64,000 nucleotides of DNA from Raillietiella orientalis (Eukaryota): assembly GCA_036172245.1 (NCBI GenBank), contig JAYWIR010000011.1:2046001-2110000 (forward strand). The letters are read 5' to 3'. The notes beneath the pieces were generated by a model. The model was not told the origin of the DNA and ran no database searches. It saw only the letters and a list, made by a program, of their open reading frames with translations. The position numbers were made by a program, and so were the translations under genes. Below are positions 50,919 to 64,000 of the stretch, piece by piece. Each line of letters begins with the position of its first letter. Within the stretch, counting starts at the first letter, position 1.

Positions 50919-52890
50919 AACCTTGTGGAGGCATGGCGGTTCGTTTCCATGCAGAACTAAAAATTAGCCAACCATTAGGGAGGTCGAAAATTCTCCTCTG
51001 CTGACCAAAAGTGCGATCGATGGGTTGTGATTTTCCACTCCTACCACTGCATTCGTCTCCCTGCGGTCGCCAGCGCAGACCGGGCTCTCCCACGTTGTTC
51101 TTCTGGTGATTCGAAGGGGAGGGGGGGGGGGAAGTCTTGCACTTGTTTGCCGTTCCACGACTGCTTGGAGGGTTATGAGATTCGATGACTGAATGTGAGA
51201 CTCGTTGAGTTCCCAGAAACAAAATTCGAAATTCCTAGTGGGTAATAACTGCCTTTTTTTTTTTTTTTGGTTCTTTCGTGTAGTGCTGTGATGTGAATCA
51301 CGCGAATATCGTGATATCGTAGAAATCCAATATGGGTAATTTAATTTTCATGTTTCGTCAACAACAACGAAAAATCACACCCGATCCGGGATCACAGAAA
51401 AAATTATAGGGCTGCCTGAGGTGGACACTGGGTGGCGCCTGGCAACACTTCTAAGCATGGGCAGGCTGCATATCAAGTCGTTCCATTCAAGAATACTTTC
51501 ATTGAATTACCTTCAAAGAATCACATCCGGAAATAATTACAAGAGCGGGAGGACCTCGGTTTGCTGAACGGTTTGCCCCTCTACACAACTCTTGGAGGGA
51601 AATCGTTGAAGAAGGAACCATTTCTAAACCCTCATAGAGTGCCCATCCAGTTCCGCCATCCCTTCAACAGCCTGTCTTTGGCATGTGTACCTTTTCTTGT
51701 GGAATTCAATTCCGATGCCATTAATAACGAATGATAGCCCGGCATCCTCTTTACACGAGTGAGCAACAAGCACATGAGTTTTATTTTATTTATCGGGTAC
51801 AGTGTCAGTTAGCCTATGTTTATTAAAACGCACTCAAGATTTCTTCCTTTATTCAAATAAGGTAGTCATTCATTAGAAGAATCCTTCTTATTCCGAATAT
51901 GTGTATAAGCATGTATGCATGTATAGAGAGGAAGGGATACGGATAGCAAAGTGCACCAACGTGTGTGTGTGTTTTTTTTTTGCTTTATTATGACATGCAA
52001 CCGAAACAAATCGCTCCTTATTAATGGTCCTCCTATGCTGAATCCCCCAGGATGGATGCAATCAGTCAAGTATGCAGGCTGCAGCGAATACTTTACGATC
52101 GATTATCACGATTACATATAGATGAAATAATGTACACGTGCCTTTTTTTTTTTTTTGGCAAGCTGGTAAATGCATCCGAAAGAGTAAAAGCACATCTTAC
52201 CTGTGTTTATAAGCGAAAGCTATGTATTTAAAATTATTAAGAACGAACGTTCCTAAGGTACAAGGCCATGCGAATTGAGACTCCAGGGCAGTTTTGTACA
52301 CAAGTTGTACACAGGTTGGCTCGAATGATTCTAAATTTCGGCTTTGTTCCTTTTCTTTGATCTTGTTGCTCTTTTGTCGATCAAGAGAATCTGTTTTAGA
52401 ATGCTTCAACTAAAACACATTCGTCAGCTATTTATGACACTCATGCGCTGTTCTATTTGTGTAACTTCTAGCTTCTACTAAAGCAAATTAAAAAATAGTT
52501 TATCCCTACTTTCAGAAATTTATTCCGAAACTTTCGAACTTCGAGTGCAAAAACGCTTTGATAAAAAAAAAAAAAAAACTTATTGCTCCATTTCATATGA
52601 TGAATGTTCGCCAGTTCGGGTTCTCCCGATCAATCCGAATACACTATCCTTTCGTACCATTAGTCGCCTTTAGTTCAATCCTGTTTCTCACAATGCTTGC
52701 TTACAAACGCTGCATTAAAAACTTCTCAGGCTGTAATGTGTTGTGAAATTCAAACCGATCGATCTCAGTCGGACTCTGGAACAAATAAATCAGGTCTCAT
52801 TGGAGCGAAGTTTCAAGCAAACACCGCTAAAAGGGGTAGGCTTGCACATTGTTGCGCGGGAAAGCAAAATTCGAAGGCAGAATGCAATTA

Positions 52891-53230
52891 CAGTTGCTTG
52901 GATATTCCACCGTTAAGTGCAGTTGCTCGGATATTCCATTGTTAAGTGCAGTTGCTCGGATATTCCGTTGTTAAGTGCAGTTGCTCGGATATTCCGTTGT
53001 TAAGTGCAGTTGCTCGGATATTCCATTGTTAAGTGCAGTTGCTCGGATATTCCGTTGTTAAGTGCAGTTGCTCGGATATTCCATTGTTAAGTGCAGTTGC
53101 TCGGATATTCCATTGTTAAGTGCAGTTGCTCGGATATTCCGTTGTTAAGTGCAGTTGCTCGGATATTCCATTGTTAAGTGCAGTTGCTCGGATATTCCAT
53201 TGTTAAGTGCAGTTGCTTGGATGTTTCATT
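52891..53230. repeat. 29-bp minisatellite, 11 full units plus a partial unit
   Basis: Unit CAGTTGCTCGGATATTCC(A/G)TTGTTAAGTG starts every 29 nt from 52891 to 53210, head-to-tail with no spacers. Confidence 0.98.
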
Positions 53231-56200
53231 CTTAGACCGACGGAGAACAGAAACGGACCGACTCATTTTTGTTTAAATCCAGGAAGCTTCTCTAAAAACA
53301 TGGAGAACATTTAATTATTTAACGTGGTAATGACTAAAATAACAATTTGGTTTTTAAACACACACAAACTGTTGGCCAGCTTGTTAAGGGAGGCTACAGT
53401 ATTTTTCCTTTTTTTCTTCTGGTAACTAACCTCTGAAATCCACATTCAGGATTCTCTAATTCACAGACAGACCCATGCTGATTGTCCTCGGTTAACTACG
53501 AAAAGACACGTATGTGTCCCAGATTTCAGAACTGGTCCAGGATTTTAGGGAGCCACCCATACGTTCTCAAAACAATGCTTTCTCCGATACAGGGATTCGT
53601 TCGTTCATTCCAGACGCCTATTTCTTGACACGTTGTCATGCGAAGCAACGGTGCGAAGAAGTGGCGACCCGGTGCAGGCTTGCTTACAAGAACTTACTGT
53701 GAACCTTTTGCCAAGCACTCGCGGAAGTGGTTACGAGTCCAGCAGTCGAAGTCTAGGGATGCTTAACCATGCAATGTCTCGGCTTCGTTCGCTGGGCTTA
53801 CGAAAGATGATGCACACCGGTTGCTCAGTTTCCCATGCACCAGAATAGAAATCGCCATTTCTTTTCCACGCATCCGACCCTCCTTCCACACTCTTCCTTC
53901 CTCCCGCCCCCGCCCATTCGCAGCCTTCTCACGTAATTGCAATTAACGATTTCGCCTGCGTTATTTATCACATACTAGCCATCAAAAGTTTACGGTGTTC
54001 CTTGAACTTCCTGGATGTTGTTAGCAGGCACTCCCTCCCTCATCAGAAGAAACAATAAACTTTATATATTCGAATGACTCTGTTTTGGACTGAGCGCTTC
54101 AAACACCTTAAGAAACAGACGTCCGCAGACAATGCAATGGCCCTATTTCACTGGTATGTGTTTTTGCCTGTGCTGCTCGCGCAGCTAGGGACCTTGCGTC
54201 TGAACTTGCTCCCACTGCGATCCTTTCGTGCTGAGACCACGTTGCATGAGTCTCGAAAAATGGCCAGCACATGATTTATACCTCGTGCTGCTGCTCCCTG
54301 CGTCCGCTGCTTGACTGCAATTTGCATCTCATCAAAGCGATCCGGACGAAAGCTCTCGGCTTCCCCGAAGCGGCACACTCCTGGACTCCGCGCTGTCGAA
54401 ACCCAGGATCGTGCATGGGGAAACGCGAAACAGGAAGTGAGAAGAACGCTCGAGCGAAGAAGGAGCCCCAGAGTCCGCCATCGGAATCAGGGCGCAGCTC
54501 CAGGGAAGAGGATGCGGGGGGGGGAGAGGATCATTTATTCAAGAGCCTGAGGTGTTGGCTCTGATCGAACGAACCCATCATGACCGCTGAACACGTTTAG
54601 TGAAGCCATTGATGGCACCAGACGCGCAGGTCCCGGTTCGCTCTGGTTCCGCGTTTGCATTGTTGCGGTCCCGACTCCTGGAACCAGGATGTCAGGATTT
54701 CGCCTGCCAGGCAACGTGTCCACCGGAGGGAGCGTGCCGTGCGCGAAGTGGTACGGTTGCTCCTGTGAGTGACCTCCGACATTCTCCGGTACAAAATGAT
54801 CGCTCCTTCGGAGTTTTAAATGAAGCGGTGAGATGAGAGGATGCCGCTGCTCTTTCCGAAGGAGAGAAAGAAAAATAAAAGAAAAAAAAGATAACTCTTG
54901 AATTGGCATAAGACAATCAATCAACCTAAGCACAAGGAAAAATGGGGAAGTCTCTATTGGAAACTTTTCTCTGCAGCATGCAGTGAAGGGCTGGAGATAG
55001 GAATTGGAAAAGCAAGGCACACGGCTGAAGCTGAACAAAGAATCTGGAGTTCTTCTGCATTCGAGCAGATGCGTGATGCCCTGCCTCATCACTCCTCCAG
55101 ATTGGTCCTCCCTTGGTTGTCGAGTCGAGTCTTCGAGCTCGCTAAATGCGAGAGGCATGGGGATGTCGCTTCCGCGGAGAGGAAGGGAGGGAGGAACACC
55201 CGAACCATCGTCGAAAGAAGGAAGGAGCCACTTACGCAGTTTCCAGAAAATTCGGAAGCTTTTCGACTACCAAGGTTGTTCTTGGTGCTTGCACCGTGAA
55301 AACCGTGACCTCTCTTGAACGAGCTATGGACTCCGCGCCGGTTTGCGCAGTCAAACCTGAGATTTTCTTCACACACGGGATGAGAGCGGCAAAAACAGTT
55401 CGCCTTTGCGAAACCGTGGCAACGCAGCGTTCAATCGCTTTGGGAAACTTTTCGGAGGGATTTGAAATTCGAGGACGCCTCATCGCAGGCTGATTCTCCC
55501 TGCTGATTGTGTCCACCAGGAGGGATCATTTGCTGCACAGACGCCACTCCCGGTTATTTCAGGGAGCATGATCTTAATCCCAGAGGGAACGGTCGTGGCA
55601 GTTCTGGTGCGGCCGTAACACGGTCAGGAGACCCGCTTCGCAGGAAGAAAAGCTAGAGTAGGAGTGCAAAAAAAAAAAAAAAAGGAATGAGCGTGAGGCC
55701 GGGATAGGCTATCGAAATTTTTTTCTTTTGCAAAGTTACGCTTCTGTTGGTGTTCTTTCGCACCGAACTCGTACGGCCGGCCGCTCCACGGAAACAGTCC
55801 TCTGATTCAACTATATTCGGAGAAGTAGTTGCCCGACAAGCACCGGGCTACTATTCCAGATGATGGGGCAGTGCTCGTTTTAGCAGTCGGAGTCGCTCCC
55901 CGGCGGTGTCGCTCGGGTCCGGAGTTTCGTTCCTCCCACGGCATGACCACGGCGGTCCCGGTATGTCCACCTCCTGCCGTCTTCCCGGTTCACCAACTTA
56001 CCTTAGAGTCCTCAGCTCTTAGTACGTCGCAGAAAGAGTTCCGTTGCCCCCCTCGCGTCCATGAGGGTGTCAGGCGGGCGACGCAGGGATTCCTCCTGCT
56101 TGACATCCGCGTCCTTCGCGTGGACTCGTTTCCCTTTCGAAACGGACGTTTCGTCCGCTTCGCTGCTTGAGGGAGCGTCGGGAAAGCATGGCATGAGGTG

Positions 56201-56875
56201 AGGAGGAGTCCGCCTTGACCTCGCGCCAGTGAGAGGATTTGCTGGAATCCACTTACCACTGTCGAGGAACGCGTACAAGGGCTCTCCCGAACCCTTTTTG
56301 TCCAAGCCGACAACGCCACGATCGTGCCGGTTCGTTGTATTCCGGTATGCCAGAGGGTGAGGTCGGAACTGTGGGGTCGAAGGGTCATTCTTTGTTACGA
56401 GAACTGACTGCTCGAAAGGATTCTTCCACAGTTCCACAGCGGCTGTGGCTGTTGCGACCCTGGGGGATGCTACGCGACCCTGCGTGTTGTCCATGCGCGA
56501 GGGTCATTGTGGGAAAACCTGTCGACTCGAGATTCGATCTTGCTGCTCGGCCTTATTTGGACAATAGCCGGCTCTCGTCAACAGCACTCGGCCTCCTTCA
56601 CGAGTCCGTATGTACAAGCAAATGTAAAAGAAATAATGGCTGACAGGTCAAACTGGAAGCGCGATTCTTGGTGAACAAGAAGCATCTTCCAGTAAGTAGC
56701 AGATGCAGAGCAGCGACTCCGTGCTAAAGATTCCGGTTGGCTTTAGATCCGGAAGAAAATAGGAGTGGTTTGCAAAGGATCCCCATTCTTGTACACTAAG
56801 GCGAGATTCAGTTCGGAGCGAGGCTCGTACCCTACGTCAGGGGCGAATGCGATTAATAAAAAAAAAAGGGAAGAA

Positions 56876-58000
56876 AAACGATTCCGCTTCGTATGAATAC
56901 CACCCGAAAGCACCTCGAGTGAAGAAGTCCTCGTGCTCCGATCCGCAACAAGCAAGGCGGTCTTGGCTTGCGGAGGTGGATGCCGCGAGAAGGTGGGACG
57001 AAAAGAGCGCGAAATTCAAAGAAGAGCGAACCATCGCAACTGGGATGGCACGCGCCATTCCGAGGAATGCCATCAACCGAGATTCGGAAGGCAAGTGACG
57101 TCAGTGAAACCTTGGCTTCGGGACAGCAGCAGCATCCCTTGTCTTTAAGAATGGAACGCGACTTTTTTTTTTTAAAAAAAAAAAAAAAAAACCATCGGAC
57201 AAGAAGACCACACCGTCGACTGATGAATTGGATGGAACTGGAACGCTTTCGTAGGAGCGTACCCACCAACGATCGACCGCTGTACACATTGTACGCTTTC
57301 GAAAAGAGAGCAGCTTTTATCATCCTTCGTAGGTCAAGATGAATGCCTCCGCATTCGCGATATTCCTCAGCACACTGCCGATAAATCCGTGCTTCTTCCT
57401 GAAGGACTTAAAGAAACCATGCAAGACAAGAAGTGCAATCAGTTTCAGCGCGTCGTACCTCTCTGTAAACGAGTGGAGGAACGTGCTCTTCTCAACAGGC
57501 GATCCCTGGCTATTAATAAAGCACAGATGTGTGTTATCCAGGATTTCTTTGAAAGTGGAGTGACTTTTCTTCCTTAGAAAAAAAAAAAAAAACTGCGGCA
57601 AAGTAGTCCCACTTATAATGCAGATTTGTATAACGCGACGGGAAAATGGCGACAGCCCTCGTATAAAGTTGGTACATCAGCCACGTACTGCGCTGGAGAT
57701 ATATTCTAATTTTGTGGTACAGTGACCGTTCAGATGTTCAGGAAAAGAAAAAAAAGGTGATTGAAGTGAAATTGCAAGTTGAGACGTTTAAGATCCATTT
57801 TATATTTTTTTTATCAATACTATCGTATTATCCATGTATAACTTGAAAGGCTCGTATAACGCGGATTCGTATAGCGCGGAGAGAAAGCTTGTTCCTTCCT
57901 CAAAGACGGATGAGACGAATGAGATAAATAAAAATGATTCTGCTTCGTCTCGATACCCCTCAAAAGCACCTCGAGCGAAGAAGTCCTCGTGCTCCGATCC
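56876..58000. repeat. Direct repeat pair of ~70 bp (56876-56944 and 57932-58000)
   Basis: 38-nt core AAAGCACCTCGAG(T/C)GAAGAAGTCCTCGTGCTCCGATCC with one mismatch. Confidence 0.9.
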
Positions 58001-59117
58001 TCAAGGCGCCGCGAACAAGCAGCACGTCACCCGGTGACCTACCACATCCACAAACACTTTATGACCAGTAGAACATTCAGTGTCTCCGTTTCAAAGCGAA
58101 AACAAAGAAAAATTCGAAAATGTTTCGGGGCGCTGCTGCTGTGCGGTTCCGCCCTCGTAGTTGGGAAGTGTGTCTTCTTTATGCACAAAAAGCCTGGACG
58201 AAAACCAACCAACGTAGCGGCGTCACGTGTTCGTGTTCTCCCTGGAAACGGTTGCCTGCCGTGCCACGTGCTACGCTCCGGTCGGAGCCAGCGCGAGCAC
58301 CGGGGCCGGCGGCGCTGTCGAACCCGGAATGCACCACCACCTTTCATCCTTCCACCCCAGTCATGCAGGATGCTGCAGCGAGGATGCGAGCACGAAGGAC
58401 CTTTTTGCACGGCGATCTTCCGGAGATCAATCCTTCGGCGGGTTCCGCCCACTCGAAGGGGACCACTGGTTCCGGGAACAACCTGCCTGGGAACACTTCC
58501 AGCGAAATTAATTCGTCCCCGATTTCATTAGTCTGAGTTGGGTGGCTGGGAGCGCCCCGTGCCCTAACCACTTCCTTCGACACGAAACTGGCTAATTAAT
58601 GACTTGTTATTCGATTTCAGACACGCCGGAAAGCATCCGCGCTCGCCGCGCCGCGCCGCGCGCGCGGCGAGCGCCGCCACACGCAGTCCTCACGCTCCAA
58701 AGTCACTCCATCATTTAAATTGAATATCGGGAGATCCCCTCCCGGAATGGCGCGCGCGCCAGGTTCGCCTGGCCCGAAGGCGCCATCCGCGCCCTGCTGC
58801 CTGATTTAAACGCATCATTTTCCGTCTGTCGAAAAAGAGCGAATCCTGCGGAGAACGCGGAGCGGGCAGCGCCACATCCTTCGCGCTCGCGGGCGAGAAA
58901 AGATGGATGCAGCGGACGGACGGATGGATTCGCTCCGATTACGCATCTCTCCTTTTTCTTTTCAAGATCACTACTGACAAATGGAATGCACCTCTGGCTA
59001 TCTTTCGGTCTCATAGCACTCGTGGAAATGTGCAGCAGCGCACGGACGGCAGGTAACCACTCGGACGACGTGAGAGGGGCGGCTGACCAGCCACTGAGCC
59101 ACTGACTCATTTTTCAG

Positions 59118-59244
59118 ATGAGAGGCCCGTCGAAACGGTCCTCCTCGGCAGCTCCATCTCCATCCCTTGCTCCAACGTTTCAACCATCGAGGACATTCTT
59201 CTCGTCCTGTGGTACAAGAATGAGATGATGGTTCCAGCTTACAG
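59118..59244 (+). CDS. Isolated internal exon encoding the first half of an N-terminal Ig V-type domain, Sidestep/nephrin-like cell-surface protein
   Basis: TTTTTCAG acceptor and AG|GT donor. Phase-1 start, as is typical of Ig exons. Translation ERPVETVLLGSSISIPCSNVSTIEDILLVLWYKNEMMVPAY fits the GxxxxLPC...DxxxLVLWYK....PxY pattern of Sidestep-family first Ig domains. Confidence 0.8.
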
Positions 59245-62200
59245 GTTTCCCATTATTTCGTGCTTGAGAAACGCCGTTCGTGTGTACGTGTGTGTGTTTC
59301 GTCTCGTGCTGCAACGACGGATCTATTCTTGTCAGCAGCCGGAAGGGGGGACCATTTGAACTTTTAATGTACTTAAAAAAGCAGACGGCTTTCCTGTCGC
59401 ACCAGCCTCCTTTATCGACTTTGCGAGACCTGCTCAAAACAGCTGTTTGATTCAATTTTTGGGATATGCTCGCCAATCTTCCCGAAGCATCCCGATGTCC
59501 CTGCGGAAACTCACTCCGGGCATCTATTCGAACCAGACAGCTCGCAGGCGTCTGCCGCCACTGAGAGCAGCATCGTTAGGGCTCGCAACGTTTATTTCGG
59601 GTGGTCATATGTCATGCGCGGGAGGCTCTGTTAAATCTGCATTGAGCCGAAATCGAGGCGGGTCAAAAGGCCTCCAGGACAGAACATTCGCCTTCCGAAC
59701 ACCGCCCGGGACTGAGACAGGTTCCTGGCTATCCGCCCCGTATGATACGCCTGAAATGCTGGTACCTAGGTTTGCTAGGGGAGATTCCCCACCCTATCCT
59801 TAAAGTCCGAATCCTCGAGTTCTTCCCTGTCCCTCTCTTGCTTCGTGTCGCGCTCCTTCCCTCTACAGCCCTGCACTTGTGAATCGCCCACGTCTTCTGC
59901 AAGGAGTGCTTCTTGCAACGGCTTTACGGAATAAGCGCTTCTTGCATGCCTTCAGTCTTAATCTCCCGCTGCACCCACGTGTTTTCTGAAGAAATCCCGG
60001 GTGAAGGACGGAAGATGATTTCAGGTGGCCATTCTTTCCATTCTTTTGCTGGGTCCGGCATCCCGCAGATTCGGGACCGTGCCTGAAACAGACCGGTTCA
60101 GCATCCTGGACCATCATCGCATCTGGGCGGTGCTGCGGCTCACCTTTCAGCCACCGAACACGCGAAAAGCACGAATCACTTTGCAACATGCCTGGAATCG
60201 AATGACAAACCACCGATTAGCCAGCTCTGTGTCGAAGAGGGTGGTTTGAACATCCAGGACCTTTCCATCCACTCAACTCGCACTAATGCAATCGGAGATG
60301 AATTCATCTTGCTGGCCCTTGAGCCCTTGAGTGTTCCTTCCGGGAGCCTCTGTTGAAAGATGAAGCTGTCTTGCTTGATCCGTCAGCTGGACCAACATTG
60401 GTCAACAATAAACCGTGCCCCAGGAACTTCCAGCTTTACTAGCACACTACGTGGCGGAAGCGACCACGGTGGGTGGAGGAATGCACCCAGTTACGCTACC
60501 CACTCGCGTCTAGAGGGAGAGAAGGAATGTACTTGCGCCTCGTAACAGACGTCCGGATGAGTACTCATCCAGGACCCTGTTGAACTGATGTTTAAGAGTT
60601 CGCGAGCGCTCATGGATGCACTCACCTACACAGCTCCTACTTTCCTCGCCTTCTGGTGTCCAGTTGAATGGGCTCGAGAAGTGCACGAGTGGTAAATTTA
60701 CCCTGGTAACAGTGGATGCCATCTGAATGACATTTCCAGAGATTCATTCATAGTCCACTTGCGCTAGCCCTACGGACCACTCGTGAATGGGATTTCCATA
60801 AAAAACTCTGCCCTGCCCACGAGCACTTCATAGTTACGCTGTGCATTCCAAATGTCTTAATTTGCATCCTCGCTAAGTAGTGGATAGGGATTCACCCCTT
60901 CCTCCACGAGTATCATCTCTGATGAATTGCACGTGCCGTATCTCGAGGACCAGATGCCTTGATTCCGTGAGTCATTCGAATCTGCGGCGGCCATGTTTGA
61001 TTTTTTTCTCGCCCGTGCCGGACGGCGGTGGTTCACAGGGGGAACGTCTTGGGAACGCTGGGATGAACGTCGCTAGGATACGACGGAGCTGCCCGCGCAT
61101 ACGAGCACGCCTGCAGAACGTTGCGACCCGCGCACGCGGCGGAGGGCTTGGGATGGTGGACACCACGGGTCGCGCCATCTATTTGCAAGGATAGACGGAA
61201 GATGGTTTCCTACCTACGCCGCGTGCGCTCGGGGCTTCCATCGGCTCCAGCCGATGGCGGCAAAAATAAAAAAAATGAAAAATGCACTCGAAGCGGAAGA
61301 TCCCTTGCCAAGCCATCCCTGTTATATACGGGAGGTTTCCAGGGGGTATAACTAATGTTTTGCAATCCTCCTGTTGGAATGCAGGCAGGGGAGGGGAGAG
61401 AAAGAAATCATCTTCCATGAAACGATCAGATAGAGAGCGAGATACCAGAGATACCCTCTCGTCTCGCGCCATCTCGAGGCAGACGCCATCCCTCTTTCGA
61501 GACGATCCGAGAGCAAGCCGGGGTTGAACGGAAGGGGTGGTTCGATCATCGCAGAGCCGTTCCCCCCCCCCCCCCCCATTGAGTCTACGAGGACAGTCCC
61601 CTAACGATGGAAGCATGGTTTTTGTTTTTTTGTTTGTTTTAAAACCCTCTTCCCCCACCCCCTTCTCATTTTCGTCCTTCCAGCCCCTTTTGTCTTTTCT
61701 TTGTTACTGTTGTGCGTATGTGTGTGTGTTTTTCCCCCTGGAGGCAGCAACAGTTAAGACTGATAGCTTTTCTATTTCGATTACAAATTGGACCTCTATC
61801 CTTGCAAATAGATAATTTCATGCTTTGCCTGTTTCGCGAGATCAGCAATACGTCACGGAGGGAGAGGGAAGCTTTCTGATCCGACTCTGCGATCTCCCCG
61901 TTCGAGGCGAGCGCTTCTGCCCATGTGCGAGCAGCGCCGCTGGCGAGCGAGCGCGCGCGATCTGCCGCCGTCCTTTCGGGTGCTGAGCAGAGAGGCCTAG
62001 GCGGCCCCTCCTCCTCTTCCTCCCCGAGGTCCCGCGCGGAGTCCATCCCCGTGAGGGAAAAACTCCCCGCGAGATGCCCCTCTTCCTCCTCATGACAGCA
62101 CCAGCTGCCCTCTGCGCCCGTCGGCGTCCGGTGCTGTGAGCAGTGTACGCGCCAGTGTAGGTTCCTGGAAGGCTTCTGCTACCCTAGGAGGAAGAGAAGG

Positions 62201-64000
62201 AGGAGAAGATCAGGAAGGAAGAAAGACAGAGGAGCAGGAAAAGGCAAGGAAGGACAGGCAGCGAAAGGACAAAAAGAGAAACAACGAGAGAGAGAGAGGA
62301 GGAGGAAAACAAAACAAAAGTGACTCCCTCGGGAGTCTGCGAGTCCAGATGGCGCCCCTACCGCCGGAAGGAAAAGCAGGGCGCGGAGACACGGAAGGGG
62401 GCGCGGCGCCACTTGGGTTCCTCGAAAGCGGCCGCGGTGCTTTGGGGAGCTGCTTTGGGGCGACGAGGAGCGCGCATCCGGCGGAGGCGTCGGGTTTCTC
62501 GCGGGCGACCGGGAAGAGACGCGGTGGAAGAGGAAGCCGGGAGCAGATGCAGCCGTCTCTCCAGGAAGAGAGAGGGTGGGAAGGAGGAGGAGACCGGGGA
62601 CTAAGGCGGCGACGATCCCCGCGTAGCGGAGACGTACGTCCAGGTGTCCGGCGGCGGGGAGGAGGACGCAGGGAACGGAGGCTGCCTGAAGCTGAAGAAC
62701 TCCCTGCGCTTCGCTGGCAGGATCCCGCCCTCGGGCATCATCCTCACCGCCGTCCCCAGCTTCTTCTCCCTGTGCTCCGTCATAGTGAAACACCTCAGGT
62801 ATATGTCGGCCGCCCCAGCTGGCGACCTACCGCTTCCTGGGGATGTTCCTGCCCACCTTCGCCGCGGTCACCTGGATCAGGAAGAATGTCTTCCCGCTGT
62901 GCCTCTGTCCGGCTCGGAAGGCTCTGCGGCCTCCGTCCGACCTCTTCCCGTGACTGTCGCTGTTTCCCGGATGACAAGGTCGCCGAGGACCCGTGCGCTC
63001 AAGCATGCCCGTCTCCCTCTCCCCCGTCCCCCCGGTCGGTGGCACTGCTATTTCGTGGACGTGCAGACACATACATGCAATCCTGGTGTGGCAAGCGATC
63101 AGGAGATAGCCAAGCGAGGCAGATGGAGAACGACAGCCGCGCTCCACTGACAATTTGCAAGGAGCAGAGGAGTGGCGGGGAAGGGAGGAACCTTCCCCCC
63201 CCCCCCCAGGAAGGCCTCGGTCAGCCACGTCCCATCCCAGGGTGTTCCTCGAATCGGCTCGCTCCATGGATTCCATGGCGCGAGCCGATTCGACATGGCA
63301 ACGAAGGGGGAGACGGAGAGGGATCCCCCAAGGTTGCGGGTGTGTGACTTATCAACCCCGGCTTCCCCTCCATCCCGCCCTTCCTGCCCTTTCCCCATTC
63401 CACGGCGAGGCAGCGTGCGGCGCCGCGGTAGGGCCGCGGTCCGAAAGAAGAGGCAGGCTTTTGTTCACCCGCGCCCAGAGCCGTCCAGTGTTCTCCCGGT
63501 CAGAACGAAAGATCACCGGACCAGGGACAAGGAAAGCCTCACCATATGCTCGCGAGCCAGCGGGCAGGCTGCCTGCACGCTCGCGGCATCGTTGGGTATG
63601 CATCGAGCCGGCCTCGATCTGTGGGCGAGTCAAGATAAGGGAGGGAAGGAGGAGCTGTCAGTCTGTAACCACCGCGCACCTTCGGTCAGTACCGGCGCCT
63701 TCCGCTGCCCTCCCCCCCTTCCCAAAGGACCGACGAGAGCTCCGGGAAGAAAGATGCGGCAAAGGAAGACGGGCAAGCCCCGCGGACTGGTTCTCTTCTT
63801 GTCCACTAGAGGGGAGCAGGAGCCGGTTCCAGTGTTGTATGGCGGTGGGCTAGTCGGTGGGTCCCGAGAAACGTCATGGAATCCTGCGGGAGCAGCGAGA
63901 CCCTTCGCACGCACGAGGTGCGTGCAGAAGACGGTGACGTCACAACACACGCTACGATCGGGGCGCGCGTCGGACACCTCTTTGGTCACCGGGTCATCGG

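Noticed and set aside
52891..53230. CRISPR array
   Set aside because: The 29-bp units are contiguous with no unique spacers, there are no cas genes, and the context is eukaryotic.
56240..56330. LTR retrotransposon protease (minus-strand YAFLDSG)
   Set aside because: A single short motif with no supporting gag, RT, integrase or LTRs.
59040..59110. tRNA or SINE on the minus strand (TGGCTCAGTGG A-box-like)
   Set aside because: No B box or cloverleaf downstream.
62136..63347. 403-aa ORF and other long overlapping R/G/P-rich ORFs right of 18 kb
   Set aside because: Low-complexity frames expected from stop-codon scarcity at high GC, with no motifs.

Overview
Eukaryotic, arthropod-like genomic DNA in two sharply different compositional domains. 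The left ~15 kb is AT-rich and CpG-poor. It holds two divergent multi-exon genes: the 5' part of an ASH1-like gene (minus strand, running off the left edge) and a complete 13-exon CCT4/TCP1-delta gene (plus strand, 534 aa). Most of their introns are only 41-49 nt. From inside the 3' end of CCT4 the DNA becomes GC- and CpG-rich. This domain has a single-exon innexin CDS, then ~45 kb of mostly degenerate mobile DNA, a 29-bp minisatellite and one isolated Ig-domain exon of a Sidestep/nephrin-like gene. The main mobile family is an L1/Tx1-like non-LTR retrotransposon present as four 3' ends. Two copies carry inverted segments with twin-priming geometry, one copy has a perfect 15-bp target-site duplication inside another repeat, and all four end in a conserved GC-rich terminus rather than poly(A). 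No CRISPR array, rRNA or intact tRNA was seen. Most ORFs in the supplied track right of 18 kb look like chance products of high GC. Coordinates were read by eye, and family assignments rest on recalled motifs, not database searches.
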